Counted from the first letter of the stretch, positions 20,208 through 31,664 are shown. The stretch is 64,000 nucleotides of DNA from an uncultured Alphaproteobacteria bacterium (GCA_943787175.1 CALSLK010000003.1:67409-131408), one strand, 5' to 3'. The notes: generated from the sequence alone by a model not told the origin. Numbers and translations are program-made.

Positions 20208-21073
20208 AGCATAAAACCCGGCGGACCCTGAACTTCTGGGCGCTGTTCTCTGCCCCTGCGTTGTGGTGGGGAACAGTCCTGTTGGTGCCGTATCTGATCA
20301 TGATGTCGATCAGTTTCTACTCGCGCCAGTTCCCGTTTCATGTGCCGGACTTCCAGTTTGGCAACTACGCCATCCTGCTGGAAGACTCACAGTATTATGA
20401 CGTTCTGGTGCGCAGTCTGTGGATTTCGCTGTCTGTCTCGTTGAGCGCATTTGTTCTGAGTTACCCGTTGGCCTACTTCCTGGCATTCAAGGTCCGTTCG
20501 GAACGCATGCGCCTGTTCCTGTATACGGCAACGATTGTTCCGTTGTGGGTGAGTTATCTGCTGCGCGCTTATACGTGGAAGACCATTTTAGGCAGCGAGG
20601 GCATTCTCAATTCATTCCTGATGTGGACCGGGATCATCTCGGAACCTTCGACGATCTTTCTATACAACCAGGGCGCCATGATTGTGACGATGGCTTACAT
20701 CTTCACGCCCTTCATGGTGATGCCGATCTATGCATCGTTGGAAAAGATTCCGGTCAGCTTGATCGAAGCGTCCAAGGACCTGGGCGCCCCAAGGTTCAAG
20801 ACCTTCCTGAAGATCACCTTGCCGCTTTCCATGCCGGGTGTTCTGGCAGGCTTCACCTTCACGTTCGGCCTGTCGATTGGTGACTTCATTTCGCCGATCC
20901 TGGTCGGTGGCCCATACTCGAACATGATTGCCAATGTCGTGGCGACGCAGTTTGGTATGGCGATGAATTGGCCGCTGGGTTCTGCGCTGGGCGTCGTCCT
21001 GCTCTTTATCGTTCTGGGCGTTATCACTGCTTCCGACAAGCTTGAGCGCGTCGGCCGATTGAACATGGGTTAG
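20204..21073 (+). CDS. ABC transporter permease (PotB-like)
   Basis: Six TM segments with an EAA-like loop (IEASKDLGAPRFKTFLKITLP). Overlaps the ATPase stop. Confidence 0.8.
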   Translation: MKHKTRRTLNFWALFSAPALWWGTVLLVPYLIMMSISFYSRQFPFHVPDFQFGNYAILLEDSQYYDVLVRSLWISLSVSLSAFVLSYPLAYFLAFKVRSERMRLFLYTATIVPLWVSYLLRAYTWKTILGSEGILNSFLMWTGIISEPSTIFLYNQGAMIVTMAYIFTPFMVMPIYASLEKIPVSLIEASKDLGAPRFKTFLKITLPLSMPGVLAGFTFTFGLSIGDFISPILVGGPYSNMIANVVATQFGMAMNWPLGSALGVVLLFIVLGVITASDKLERVGRLNMG

Positions 21074-21084
21074 GGGAGAGCATC

Positions 21085-21927
21085 ATGGCTGTTACTAGTA
21101 TGAACGGTGTGGGCTTGCGCAAACGACCCATGGATATGGGAACGACCGGCCTTGGCGTTGCGGCGACGTGTGTGCTGGCGTTCCTTTACCTGCCCATCAT
21201 CACGCTGATCATCTTCAGCTTCAATTCCAGTTCGATCACACGACTGCCGCTCGAGAGTTTCACCCTCGATTGGTATGTGAAGGCGCTTTCCAACAACGAT
21301 CTGATGACCGCTGTCTGGAACTCCGTGCTGGTGGGGTCGGCTGCGGTCGTGATCTGTCTGGCGATCGGTATTCCCACAGCGCTTGCGCTCGACCGATACG
21401 ACTTTCCGGGCAAAACGGTGTTCCGCCGTCTGGTCATTCTTCCGATCACGCTGCCAGGTCTGATTACGGGCGTTTCCATGCTGACCTTCTTCCGGTCAGT
21501 CGATATCCAGCTCACGATCTGGACGGTTATCATTGGTCACGGCACAGCGTTGACTGCCATCGTGGTCACAAATGTCTTTGCGCGCCTGCAACGGTTTGAC
21601 CGGCGTATCGAGGAGGCCTCGGCTGATCTCGGAGCGACACCGCTGAAAACCTTCTGGTTCGTGACGCTGCCCAACATCCGTGCGGCCATCATCGGCTCGG
21701 CCATGATTTCGTTCACGCTGTCGTTCGATGAACTTCCCGTGACGTTTTTCCTGACCGGGCGCGACAATACGTTGCCGATGTATATCTGGTCGGTCATCCG
21801 TCGTGGCATCACCCCGGAGATCAACGCCATTGGCACGATCATCGTGGTCGTCTCGATCCTGTTGATTCTGATTTCGGTGCTGTTGATGCACAGCGATAAC
21901 CAGAAGGCCGGGCCGGTTAAACCCTGA
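21085..21927 (+). CDS. ABC transporter permease (PotC-like)
   Basis: TM-rich with an EAA-like loop (IEEASADLGATPLKTFWFVTLP). Confidence 0.8.
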   Translation: MAVTSMNGVGLRKRPMDMGTTGLGVAATCVLAFLYLPIITLIIFSFNSSSITRLPLESFTLDWYVKALSNNDLMTAVWNSVLVGSAAVVICLAIGIPTALALDRYDFPGKTVFRRLVILPITLPGLITGVSMLTFFRSVDIQLTIWTVIIGHGTALTAIVVTNVFARLQRFDRRIEEASADLGATPLKTFWFVTLPNIRAAIIGSAMISFTLSFDELPVTFFLTGRDNTLPMYIWSVIRRGITPEINAIGTIIVVVSILLILISVLLMHSDNQKAGPVKP

Positions 21928-21930
21928 CGA

Positions 21931-22674
21931 TCAGGGTTTCTGCGCAGCGATCAGGAATTCGCGGTTGCCGCCGGCACCGGTGACGGGGCTGTCGGTGAGT
22001 CCCAGGACGGTCCAGCCCATCTCCCTGGAGAGCCACAGGCTGATCTCTTCGCAAACGGCGTTGTGAACTGCTGAGTCGCGCACGATTCCGCCCTTACCGA
22101 CCTGTTCCTTGCCGGCCTCGAACTGCGGCTTCACGAGCGCGATGAGGTGCGCGCCTGATGCCGCCAGCTTCAGAGCCGGAGGAAGCGCTACTTTCAACGA
22201 GATGAAAGAGAGATCTGCGACGAGCACAGTTGGATTGTCTGGCAATGCGTCGGACTCGAGCGCGCGCACATTGGTCTTTTCCATCACGGTCACACGTTCG
22301 TCCTGGCGCAGACGCCAGGCGAGCTGGCCTTGGCCAACATCAATGGCACAAACATGGCCAGCGCCCCGCGACAGAAGAACATCGGTAAAGCCGCCGGTCG
22401 ATGCGCCAAGATCAAGCGCAGTCTGGCCAGTGACGTCGATGCCGAAGTGTTCCAGTGCCTGGTCAAGTTTGAGGCCACCGCGTGAGACCCAGGGGTGATC
22501 ACGACCGCGTACGGTCAGCTCCGTGTCGGATGGCACTTGATGGCCCGGCTTGTCGATACGGGCTTCGCCCACATAAACCACGCCGGCCATGATCAGTGCC
22601 TGGGCTCTTGTTCGACTCTCTGCTTGCCCGTTCGCTACAAGCAACTGATCGATACGAAGGCGCTTGGGATTTGC
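21931..22674 (-). CDS. tlyA: TlyA family rRNA 2'-O-methyltransferase (hemolysin A)
   Basis: S4-like N-terminus (RLDQLLVANGQAESR) and an FtsJ-like methyltransferase motif (LDLGASTGGFTDVLL). The ORF extends upstream to 22776, but the start is likely the GTG near 22674. Confidence 0.7.
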   Translation of the reverse strand, partial: ANPKRLRIDQLLVANGQAESRTRAQALIMAGVVYVGEARIDKPGHQVPSDTELTVRGRDHPWVSRGGLKLDQALEHFGIDVTGQTALDLGASTGGFTDVLLSRGAGHVCAIDVGQGQLAWRLRQDERVTVMEKTNVRALESDALPDNPTVLVADLSFISLKVALPPALKLAASGAHLIALVKPQFEAGKEQVGKGGIVRDSAVHNAVCEEISLWLSREMGWTVLGLTDSPVTGAGGNREFLIAAQKP

Positions 22675-22681
22675 CACGATG

Positions 22682-23167
22682 CTATCGGTAAAAGATATGT
22701 GCGCCGATCTGCACAGTCTGTTCATACGATGAGGCCCAATAGGGATCGACGTAATCGGCGTGGTACCAGAGCGCATTGCTGGTGGGGTCGTCGTCGCGGC
22801 CTAGCATGACGTTGCGTGCAATGCTGTGTGCTGCCCGCCACATACGCATGTCATAGGGCCAATCGTCCTGGCCATCGCACCACCAGCTGAACTGACAGGC
22901 TCCTCCAGCAGCGTTTTGGCCACCCTGTGCGACGACGTCACAGATCGAGTCAGGAAACAGGCTGCTTTTCACCCGGTTTATGGTGACATGGGCAACGGCG
23001 CGCAGGCCGGTCTCGCCCGTGCCACGTGCTTCCCAGTACATGTTGAGTGTCAGGCAATCGACCTCGGAGAGATTGAAGATGCCGTCTTCGGCGTGGAGTT
23101 TTGCCTGTGTGGCAGAAACAGTCAGCAAGCCGACGATCAGAGCGCCGGCAAGGGAGAACATCCGCAT
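22682..23167 (-). CDS. Cell wall hydrolase SleB family protein
   Basis: Signal peptide followed by a SleB-like hydrolase domain (CLTLNMYWEARGTGETGLRAVAHVTINR). Confidence 0.7.
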   Translation of the reverse strand: MRMFSLAGALIVGLLTVSATQAKLHAEDGIFNLSEVDCLTLNMYWEARGTGETGLRAVAHVTINRVKSSLFPDSICDVVAQGGQNAAGGACQFSWWCDGQDDWPYDMRMWRAAHSIARNVMLGRDDDPTSNALWYHADYVDPYWASSYEQTVQIGAHIFYR

Positions 23168-23180
23168 GGCAATCTCCCGC

Positions 23181-25107
23181 TCAGGCGCGCGCCGGCGTTT
23201 CCGAAGCGTCGCGTCCCAGGGCAGAAAGCGCCGTGGCGACAATATGCGGCGCGTTCAGCTCCGCCTCGTCATACATTTCCTCAGGCTTGGCCTGATTGAT
23301 GAATGTGTCAGGAAGCGTCATAGGCCGGATCTTGATGCCGTTGTCGAGCGCACCGCTGCGTGCCAGGTGGTCCAGAACATGGGCCGAAAACCCGCCGATG
23401 GAACCTTCCTCGATCGTAATCAGCACTTCGTGTTCGCGTGCCAAACGGTCAACCAGGTCGGTGTCCAGCGGCGTGCAGAAACGTGCGTCTGCAACCGTGG
23501 TGGAAAGCCCGCGTGTCGCCAGTTCATCGGCGGCCTTCATGCATTCCTGCAAACGCGCACCAAATGACAACAATGCAATCGTGGTTCCTTCGCGCATAAT
23601 ACGTCCCCTTCCAATCTCGATGGGGGTTCCACGCTCGGGAAGCTCCAACCCTACGCCTTCACCGCGAGGGTAACGCACGGCAGAAGGTCGATCGTCGATC
23701 TGGGCCGCGGTTGCTACCATGTTCATGAGGTCAAGCTCGTCGGCGGCTGCCATGGTGACGAAGCCGGGCAGGGAGGCAAGGTAGGCGACATCAAATGCAC
23801 CCGCATGGGTCGGACCATCTGCACCAACAAGGCCGGCGCGATCAATGCCGAAACGGACCGGCAGGCGCTGGATTGCGACATCGTGCACGATCTGGTCATA
23901 GGCGCGCTGCAGGAAGGTCGAATAGATCGCGGCAAAGGGTCGATAGCCTTCTGATGCAAGGCCTGCTGCAAAGGTGACGCCATGTTGCTCTGCCAGGCCG
24001 ACATCGAAGGCGCGATCGGGGTACTTGTCGGCGAATTTGTCGACACCTGTGCCTGACGGCATGGCTGCCGTGATCGTGCAGATGGTCTCGTCTGCATCAG
24101 CCTCGGCAATCAACGCCTTGGCAAAAACCGACGTGTAGCTCGGCGCCTTTGCAGCAGCTTTGGCTTGTGTTCCGGTGATGACATCGAACTTGCTTACGCC
24201 GTGATACTTGTCGGCGGACTGCTCGGCAGGTTCGTAGCCTTTGCCCTTTTGCGTGACGCAGTGGATCAGAACCGGACGATCCTGATCAGTCTCGCGAAGG
24301 TTTTTCAGGATCGGAATCAGATGCTCAAGATTATGACCATCGATCGGGCCGATGTAATAGAAGCCCAGTTCCTCGAACAACGTGCCGCCGGTCATGATGC
24401 CGCGGGCGTATTCCTCGAAACGTTTGGCGGTGGTTTCCAGGGTTTTTGGGAACCTTGAAGCAATGTCTTTGGCAACATGGCGTGCCGAGCGATAGGTGTC
24501 TGATGACAGCACCCGAGCGAGGTAAGCGCTCATGGCACCAACGGGCGGTGCAATCGACATGTCATTGTCGTTCAGAATGACGATCAGTCGGGTGTCGCGT
24601 GCGCCGGCATTGTTCATGGCCTCATAAGCCATGCCGGCCGACATGGCGCCGTCACCGATAACGCAGATCACCTCGCGTCGTTCTTTCTTCAAATCGCGCG
24701 CTACGGCCATGCCCAGGCCGGCTGAGATCGATGTGGAACTGTGCGCAGCACCAAAGGGATCGTATTCACTTTCTGCACGTTTTGTGAAACCGCTCAGGCC
24801 GTCTTTCTGGCGCAGGGTGCGGATACGGTCACGGCGTCCGGTCAGGATCTTGTGAGGATAGCACTGGTGGCCGACGTCCCAGATCAGGCGGTCATGGGGG
24901 GTGTCGAAGACATGATGGATGGCAACGGTCAGTTCGACGACACCCAGTCCGGCGCCCAGGTGACCGCCGGTCTGGGAGACCGCGTCGATCATTTCATGGC
25001 GGACCTCATCGGCCAGCTGCCGCAACTCCGGGATCGAGAGGTCACGTGTGTCCTCTGGAACGTCGATGCGATCGAGAAGTGGGGTGGCGTTGGAAATGGT
25101 CACGATA
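23181..25107 (-). CDS. dxs: 1-deoxy-D-xylulose-5-phosphate synthase
   Basis: Characteristic Dxs N-terminus ([29 protein letters not shown]), ThDP motif [15 protein letters not shown] and transketolase-like domains. GTG start inferred. The ORF extends further upstream. Confidence 0.9.
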
Positions 25108-25122
25108 ACGTCGCTCCTTGGA

Positions 25123-26034
25123 TCACGTTCGGCGTGTGACGACAAAACGCGCCACGTCACGGAGCGCACCGGCGGAATCACCGAACGCTTCCAGAGATTC
25201 AACGGCACGTTCGGCCAAACGATCCGCTTTCTGGCGTGCTGCATCCTTGCCCAGCACACCGACCAGAGTTGCCTTGCCGGCTGCGGCATCTTTGCCGACA
25301 GCTTTCCCCATGGCAGCCTCATCGCCTTCCTCGTCGAGCAGGTCATCGACAATCTGGAAGGCAAATCCGACATCACGACCATACGCCAGAATGCTCTCGC
25401 GCGCATCCGGGTCTGCCTCACCCAGAATGGCGCCTGCTTCGGCAGAGTAGGTAATCAATGCGCCGGTTTTGAGTGCCTGCAGGCGTTCGACCGTCGCCAC
25501 ATCGACCTGACGGTGTTCCACGGCAAGATCGATCATCTGGCCCGCGACCATGCCATGGGCCCCTGCGGCCTCTGTCAGACCACGCACCAGCTCGATCCGG
25601 ACGGCCGCGTCGTCATGGGTCGCGGGGTCGGCCAGGATGTCGAAGGCAAGCGTAAGCAAGGCATCGCCAGCCAGAATCGCGGTAGCCTCGTCAAAGGCGA
25701 TATGGCAAGTCGGGCGGCCACGGCGCAGTTCGTCATCGTCCATTGCGGGCAGGTCGTCATGGACCAGCGAATAGCAATGAAGCATTTCCACTGCGGCAGC
25801 GGCGCGGAAGGCCTGCTCCTCTGAAACCCCAAACAGGCGTGCGGTTGCAACCGTCAGATAGGGGCGCAGGCGCTTGCCGCCGTTCAGGCAGGCATAACGC
25901 ATGGCATCCAGCAAAGGCTTCTCGGGTCCGCCGCCATCGGGCAGGAGGCGGTCGAGCATGGCTTCGACGCGCGAGGCATTTTCGCCCAGAACCTGTGTGA
26001 TATCGGTCGTCTGGTGGGTCGAAGCGTGATTCAT
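25123..26034 (-). CDS. ispA: Farnesyl diphosphate synthase / polyprenyl synthetase
   Basis: FARM motif [17 protein letters not shown] and second DDxxD motif FQIVDDLLD. Lies in the conserved xseB-ispA-dxs order. Confidence 0.85.
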   Translation of the reverse strand: MNHASTHQTTDITQVLGENASRVEAMLDRLLPDGGGPEKPLLDAMRYACLNGGKRLRPYLTVATARLFGVSEEQAFRAAAAVEMLHCYSLVHDDLPAMDDDELRRGRPTCHIAFDEATAILAGDALLTLAFDILADPATHDDAAVRIELVRGLTEAAGAHGMVAGQMIDLAVEHRQVDVATVERLQALKTGALITYSAEAGAILGEADPDARESILAYGRDVGFAFQIVDDLLDEEGDEAAMGKAVGKDAAAGKATLVGVLGKDAARQKADRLAERAVESLEAFGDSAGALRDVARFVVTRRT

Positions 26035-26282
26035 TCGATTTCCGCGGGCTCTGCACTGACGCTGCCGTCAGCGCCCAGGCGGATCTTTTCGACCTTGTCC
26101 TGAGCCTCGCGCAACTTGGTCTCGCAATGCTGTTTCAGGGCGGCGCCGCGTTCATAAGCACCGATGGCGTCATCCAGTTTGGCTTGCCCGCCTTCGAGAC
26201 GTTCCACGATAGTCTCAAGCTCGGCCAGAGCCTCTTCGAAGCTCATCTTCTTGATGTCATCGTGACCTGCTGCCTTGGTCAT
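26031..26282 (-). CDS. xseB: Exodeoxyribonuclease VII small subunit
   Basis: 83 aa XseB-like protein (SFEEALAELETIVERLE...). Confidence 0.85.
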   Translation of the reverse strand: MTKAAGHDDIKKMSFEEALAELETIVERLEGGQAKLDDAIGAYERGAALKQHCETKLREAQDKVEKIRLGADGSVSAEPAEIE

Positions 26283-27226
26283 GTCTTGTCTCCGTTGCCT
26301 GCCGCCATCAAACGTTCGATATGTACTGCAGCGCTGGAGCCCAGCGCCATGAGGTCATAACCGCCTTCGAGCACGGAAACAACGCGCCCGCCGGCGTGAT
26401 CCCGGGCAATTTCCGCAAGCCTGTCGGTTGCCCATGCGTAATCTTCCTCATGAAGATTGATCTGGGCGAGTGGATCACGCTCATGAGCGTCAAAACCCGC
26501 CGAAATGAAGACGATTTCAGGGCGAAAGTCATGAAGAGCGGGCAAAACAATTTCGTCAAAGGCCTTTCGGAAGGTTTCGCTGCCGGTGCCTGGAGCAAGG
26601 GGCGCATTGGCGATGTTGCCATGGCGTCCGGTTTCGTCGGGCCGGCCTGTTCCGGGGTAGTGCGGAAACTGATGTGTGGAGCCATAAAACAGGCCTTCAT
26701 CGTCCCAGAACATCGCTTGTGTGCCATTACCATGGTGAACATCAAAATCAACCACGGCAGCCCGCGCTAACCCATGCGCCTGTCGGGCATGTTCAGCCCC
26801 TATGGCAACCGAATTGAACAGGCAAAAGCCCATGGCCCGTGTTGGTTCAGCATGGTGACCTGGCGGCCGCACGGCACAAAAGGCATTGTCGGCTTTGCCG
26901 GTGACCACAGCGTCCACAGCGTCGACCAAGGCACCTGCGGCACGCAGAGCAGCTTCAGCAGAGCCAGGGGAAACAACGGTGTCAGGATCCAGATGCCTCT
27001 GTCCCTCCTGTGGAACCGCAGCAAGCACCTCCTCAACATGATCTGCCGGGTGCATGAGTTCCAGTCGGTCTCGTGTCGCCCTGGGGGCTTCATGATGCTC
27101 CAGACCGTCGAAAGAACCTGTCTCCACGGCCCTGTTAACCGCGCGCAAACGATCAATGCGTTCAGGGTGCCCGGCACCGGTATCGTGGTCCAGACAGGCA
27201 TTGTGGGTGTAGAAGCGGGTGGTCAT
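26279..27226 (-). CDS. Histone deacetylase / acetoin utilization AcuC-family protein
   Basis: HDAC zinc-site motifs (FCAVRPPGHHA, DFDVHHGNGTQ, ISAGFDAH). Confidence 0.8.
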   Translation of the reverse strand: MTTRFYTHNACLDHDTGAGHPERIDRLRAVNRAVETGSFDGLEHHEAPRATRDRLELMHPADHVEEVLAAVPQEGQRHLDPDTVVSPGSAEAALRAAGALVDAVDAVVTGKADNAFCAVRPPGHHAEPTRAMGFCLFNSVAIGAEHARQAHGLARAAVVDFDVHHGNGTQAMFWDDEGLFYGSTHQFPHYPGTGRPDETGRHGNIANAPLAPGTGSETFRKAFDEIVLPALHDFRPEIVFISAGFDAHERDPLAQINLHEEDYAWATDRLAEIARDHAGGRVVSVLEGGYDLMALGSSAAVHIERLMAAGNGDKT

Positions 27227-27352
27227 GGATGCTGAGAGCCTGATTTTTTTGCGAACCCGGCGTAGGGTTCGTCAGATTGGAACGTTTAACGTAGTGGCCC
27301 GTCAGGTTTGATGGGCCACTTTTCTTGCATCAGAGTGTACACCGACACCTCC

Positions 27353-28471
27353 ATGAATCTACGACATCTCGGCTTTCTCGTGGCCTTTCTGGCCCTGTTT
27401 GCACCAGCAAATGCATTGGCGCAGGACGATGCCATTGCAGTTGGTGTCGATGCCGTGTCTGCCGAACCAATCAGCGAAACCGCGGCAGTGATCGGGCGCT
27501 TTGTCTCCCGTCAGGCCGGCGAAGTTGCTGCCCAGACTGAAGGAGCGGTGGCTGATGTTCTGGTGGAAGTGGGTGACCGGGTCTCGACCGGGCAGGTTAT
27601 GGTCCAACTGGTGACGGACCGCCTGGAACTTGCCGGAGATCTGAAGCGCGCGGAAGTGCGCAGCGCTGAAGCTCTTTTGGGCGTCGCCAGGGCCCAGCAG
27701 ACGCTCGCAGAGCAGGAACTGACGCGAATGAGCAGTTTGAGCGAATCTGCGGCCTTCTCCCAGGCTCGATTCGAAGACAGTCAACAAATGGTCGCCATTG
27801 CTGAAGCGGGTGTGGCCGCAGCGAGGGCCAGATTGTTGAGCGCCGAGGCAGAACTTGCCCTGGTAGACGATGAATTGGCTGATGCGGCGATCCTGGCGCC
27901 CTATGACGGCGTTGTCGTGCTTCGCCACACTGAAGTCGGCTCCTACCTCAATGTCGGCGAGCCGGTAATCAACCTGTTGAACGACGCGTGGGTCGAGGTC
28001 GAGGCTGATGTTCCATCCAATCGAATCGCTGGCCTCACAGAAGGCACAGCTATTCAGGTCACGCTGGATAATGGTCTGTCCCGCGAGGTTTTCGTGCGCG
28101 CGGTTGGCGTTTCGGAAGACCCCCAGGCCCGAACCCGCCCCGTGCGTTTCACGCCTGCCTGGGAAGTGGTTGCCGGTGAACTGGCCCAGGGACAGTCGGT
28201 AACATTGAGAATTCCTTCGGGGCCACAAACAGACGTGATCACGGTGCACAAGGATGCCGTGATACGCTCCGGGCTCGAGACGACGGTATTTGTCGTGGCG
28301 GAGGCGGATGTGACAGCTGGTGTTGGAATGGCCGAGGAACGCGCGGTGACTCTTGGTGGTGCCATCGGCAACCGGTTAGTGGTCCTGAATGGTCTTGGAG
28401 TCGGCGAACTGACCGTCGTTCGCGGCAACGAAGGCCTTAGTGAGGGCAGCAGCTTGAGCTATACGCCATGA
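27353..28471 (+). CDS. RND efflux periplasmic adaptor (membrane fusion protein)
   Basis: Signal peptide, coiled-coil and beta-barrel HlyD-family features. Immediately precedes an RND permease. Confidence 0.8.
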   Translation: MNLRHLGFLVAFLALFAPANALAQDDAIAVGVDAVSAEPISETAAVIGRFVSRQAGEVAAQTEGAVADVLVEVGDRVSTGQVMVQLVTDRLELAGDLKRAEVRSAEALLGVARAQQTLAEQELTRMSSLSESAAFSQARFEDSQQMVAIAEAGVAAARARLLSAEAELALVDDELADAAILAPYDGVVVLRHTEVGSYLNVGEPVINLLNDAWVEVEADVPSNRIAGLTEGTAIQVTLDNGLSREVFVRAVGVSEDPQARTRPVRFTPAWEVVAGELAQGQSVTLRIPSGPQTDVITVHKDAVIRSGLETTVFVVAEADVTAGVGMAEERAVTLGGAIGNRLVVLNGLGVGELTVVRGNEGLSEGSSLSYTP

Positions 28472-31400
28472 AGGGTTTGATCAGCCTGGCGATCAATCGT
28501 CCGGTTGCGGTGATTGCAGCCGTGCTGATGATTTTGCTGTTTGGCCTGATTGCACTCAACACCATTCCGATTCAGCTTACGCCCAACGTCAATCGTCCGA
28601 TCATCACGATCAAGACCGGTGGCCGGGTGCTTCACCATCGGAAGTTGAACGCGAAATCATTCTGCCCCAGGAGGAGGTTCTGGCGGGCATTGAGGGCATG
28701 ACCCAGATGCTTGCTCGCGCCAAATCCGGAGCGGGCGCGGTTACGCTGGAGTTCCAGGTCGGAACCGACATGGACAAGGCCTTCCTGCTGGTTTCCAACC
28801 GCCTCGACAGGGTTTCGGGATACCCTGAAGAAGTCGATGAGCCAGAGCTGGATACAGCCACCAGTGAAGATACGCCAATTGCGTGGTTCAACATCATCGC
28901 CACGCCCGACAACACGCGTCCGATGTATGAATATGCCGACTTCATCGATGATGTGGTCGCAGACCGCTTGAAACGTGTGCCCGGTGTGGCCGACGCCGTG
29001 CGATGGGGCGGAGCCGAGCGTGAAGTGCGGGTGGAAGTGGATCCCGAAACCCTGGCGCGCTTCGGCCTGACTATACCTGATGTGATCGATGCGCTCCGTG
29101 CTGCCGACAGCACCGCAACAGCCGGTTACGTGGATGAAGGTAAACGCCGCTATACCGTGCGGGCTGAGGGTCAGTTTGCGTCATTAGACGACATTCGTGA
29201 CGTTGTGGTGGTCAGTACTGAGGACGCCCTCAGCGGACGTTTGGCGCGTGTCACGGTCGGCGATATTGCCACGATTGAATACGCCTATAAGGATTTGCAG
29301 ATCCTGTTCCGTTTCAATGGTGCTGAAGCAATCAGCATGCGCGCGATGCGGGAGCCCGGCGCTAATGTCATCACGACGATGGATGGTATCCGGGAAGCGG
29401 TAGACGAATTGAATGCCTTCGACTTGCCCAATGCCGGCCTGGAACTGGTGCAGGTCTATGATGAAACAACCTACATCAACGCCTCCATCGACCTTGTCAC
29501 CAACAACATCTGGGTAGGTGGTGTTCTGGCTGCGCTGGTTTTGCTCGCCTTCCTGCGTTCGCCGCGCGCAACGCTGATCATCTCGATTGCCATTCCTGTC
29601 TCGGTGATCGGCAGCTTTGTCGCCATGGCTGCGCTGGGCCGTTCGATCAACGTGATCTCTCTGGCAGGTCTGGCTTTCGCTGTTGGCATGGTGGTCGATG
29701 CCGCGATTGTCGTGCTGGAGAACATCTATCGGCTCCGCGAACAGGGGATGCCTGCCCGGAAGGCGGCCTATGAGGGCGCGCGCCAGGTCTGGGGTGCGAT
29801 CATGGTCTCGGCCCTGACGACCGTCATGGTTTTCATCCCCATCCTGGTCATGGAGATGGAAGCTGGTCAGGTCTTCGCGATATCGCGGTCGCCATTTCTG
29901 TTTCGGTCGTGCTGTCGCTGCTGGTCGCCATCACGCTGATTCCGGCCATGTGTGCGCGCCTGTTTGCCAAGATCGACGATACGAGCCGCTACCGGCTAGC
30001 AGCGCTGGACAATCTGGCTTCAACGACTTCTTCATGGATCCAGAATTTTACGCGTTATGTCGCACGCAGCAGCACGGGTTCTCTGGTAACGGTGGCGGGT
30101 ATTACAGGAACGGCTTTGCTGGTTGCCGCCATGTTCCTGCCCCAGCTTGAGTATTTGCCAGACGGCAACCGCAACTTCCTGTCGGGTTATGTAACACCGC
30201 CGTCCGGCTACAATCTTGGCACGATGGATGAAATTGCGACCCGTGTTGAAGATGCTACCCGTCCCTACTGGAAATCGGAGAACGAGGAAGGCCTGCCCGT
30301 TCACGAAGACGGTACACCGATCTTTGACCGGTTCTACTTCGGCTCTGGTGCTGGGTGGACCTGGATTGGAGCGGCCCGCTGTGGACGGCGATGATATCCA
30401 GGGTTTGAAGGCTGTTATGAGTGCTCCTGTTCTTCTGGAACCTGGGGCGTCGGTCTACTTTTCTCAGCCGAGCATCTTTGGTCGGGGACTTGGTGGCAAT
30501 CGCGCTGTGGACTTCAACATATCCGGTCCGCAGCTTGAAACGCTGATGGCCGTTGCGATCGACGCGCAACGGCGTGTCTATGCGTTGCTGCCTTCCGATG
30601 AAACTCAGGTGCGTGCGCAGCCGTCCATTACCGGCAGCGTGCCTGAGGTCAGAGTCATTCCAGACCGGATGCGTCTGGCCGATAACGGGTTGTCGGCGCA
30701 GGAATTGGCCATTGGGATTGATGCCTTCAATTCGGGCCTGCGTGTGAAGGAAATTTCCCTCGATGGCCAGGAAATCGACCTCACATTGACAGGCCCCTAC
30801 AAACATATCGTTGAAACCCAGGGCATTGGTGAGCTTCCGGTTGTGACACGTGATGGTCTGATCGTGCCGGTCTCCTCGTTGGCAGATATTATTGTGACCA
30901 ACGGGCCGATCGAGATTCGCCGGCTGGAGCAGAACCGCACGATCACGCTGGTCGTGAATCTTCCTTCAGACGTACCGCTCGAAACCGGCATTGACCTGAT
31001 TCAGACCGAGGTCATCGACATCATGCGCGATGCCGGGTTGCCGCCCGGTGTGCAACTCCGCCTTTCTGGTACAGCTGACAAGTTGACCGAGACCTGGGAT
31101 GCCATGGTCATCAACCTCCTGGTGTCGCTCGTCATTGTCTATCTGGTGATGGCCGTGTTGTTTGAGAGTTTCCTGCACCCGTTGATCGTGATGATCTCCG
31201 TGCCGGTTGCTGCTGCAGGCGGTGTTCTGGGCTTGCTGGCACTTAACGTCTTCCAGCATCAGCCACTCGATATGCTGACCATGTTGGGCTTCGTCATTCT
31301 GATCGGCATTGTCGTCAACAACGCGATTCTTCTGGTCCATCAGACCCTGCATCACATCCGTGAGGATGGCATGAGCTCTGAGGCTGCGATTGAGGAAGCG

Positions 31401-31664
31401 GTGCGCAATCGAATTCGTCCGATCTTCATGTCGACGCTGACCAGTGTGTTTGGCATGCTGCCGCTGGTCGTTTTCCCAGGGGCCGGTTCCGAACTCTATC
31501 GTGGTCTGGGTTCGGTGGTGGTTGGCGGTCTGTCGCTCTCGGCAGTTCTGACGCTTACCCTGGTGCCGCCTTTGCTTGGCCTGGTCCTGAAACTTCAGGA
31601 TGCCTTGCCCAAGGTTGGAGAGACGATTGCTACGGATCGTCCGGCACAGGAGCCGGCAGAGTAA
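28468..31664 (+). pseudogene. RND (AcrB/HAE1-type) efflux permease, interrupted by three frame changes
   Basis: Four consecutive ORFs (28468-28701, 28698-29939, 29909-30394, 30216-31664) carry contiguous AcrB-like sequence in different frames. Total length is about 1065 codons, typical for RND permeases. Junctions are near 28600, 29880 and 30350. Confidence 0.75.

Noticed and set aside
21915-21945. AACCCTGA-cga-TCAGGGTT hairpin between convergent potC-like and tlyA
   Set aside because: No U-tract on either strand. It could be a weak bidirectional terminator but there is too little support.
27250-27285. T7 run followed by GAACCC-ggcgta-GGGTTC hairpin
   Set aside because: The T-run precedes the hairpin on the plus strand, and the minus strand has an A-run after it. 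It is therefore not a terminator in either orientation.
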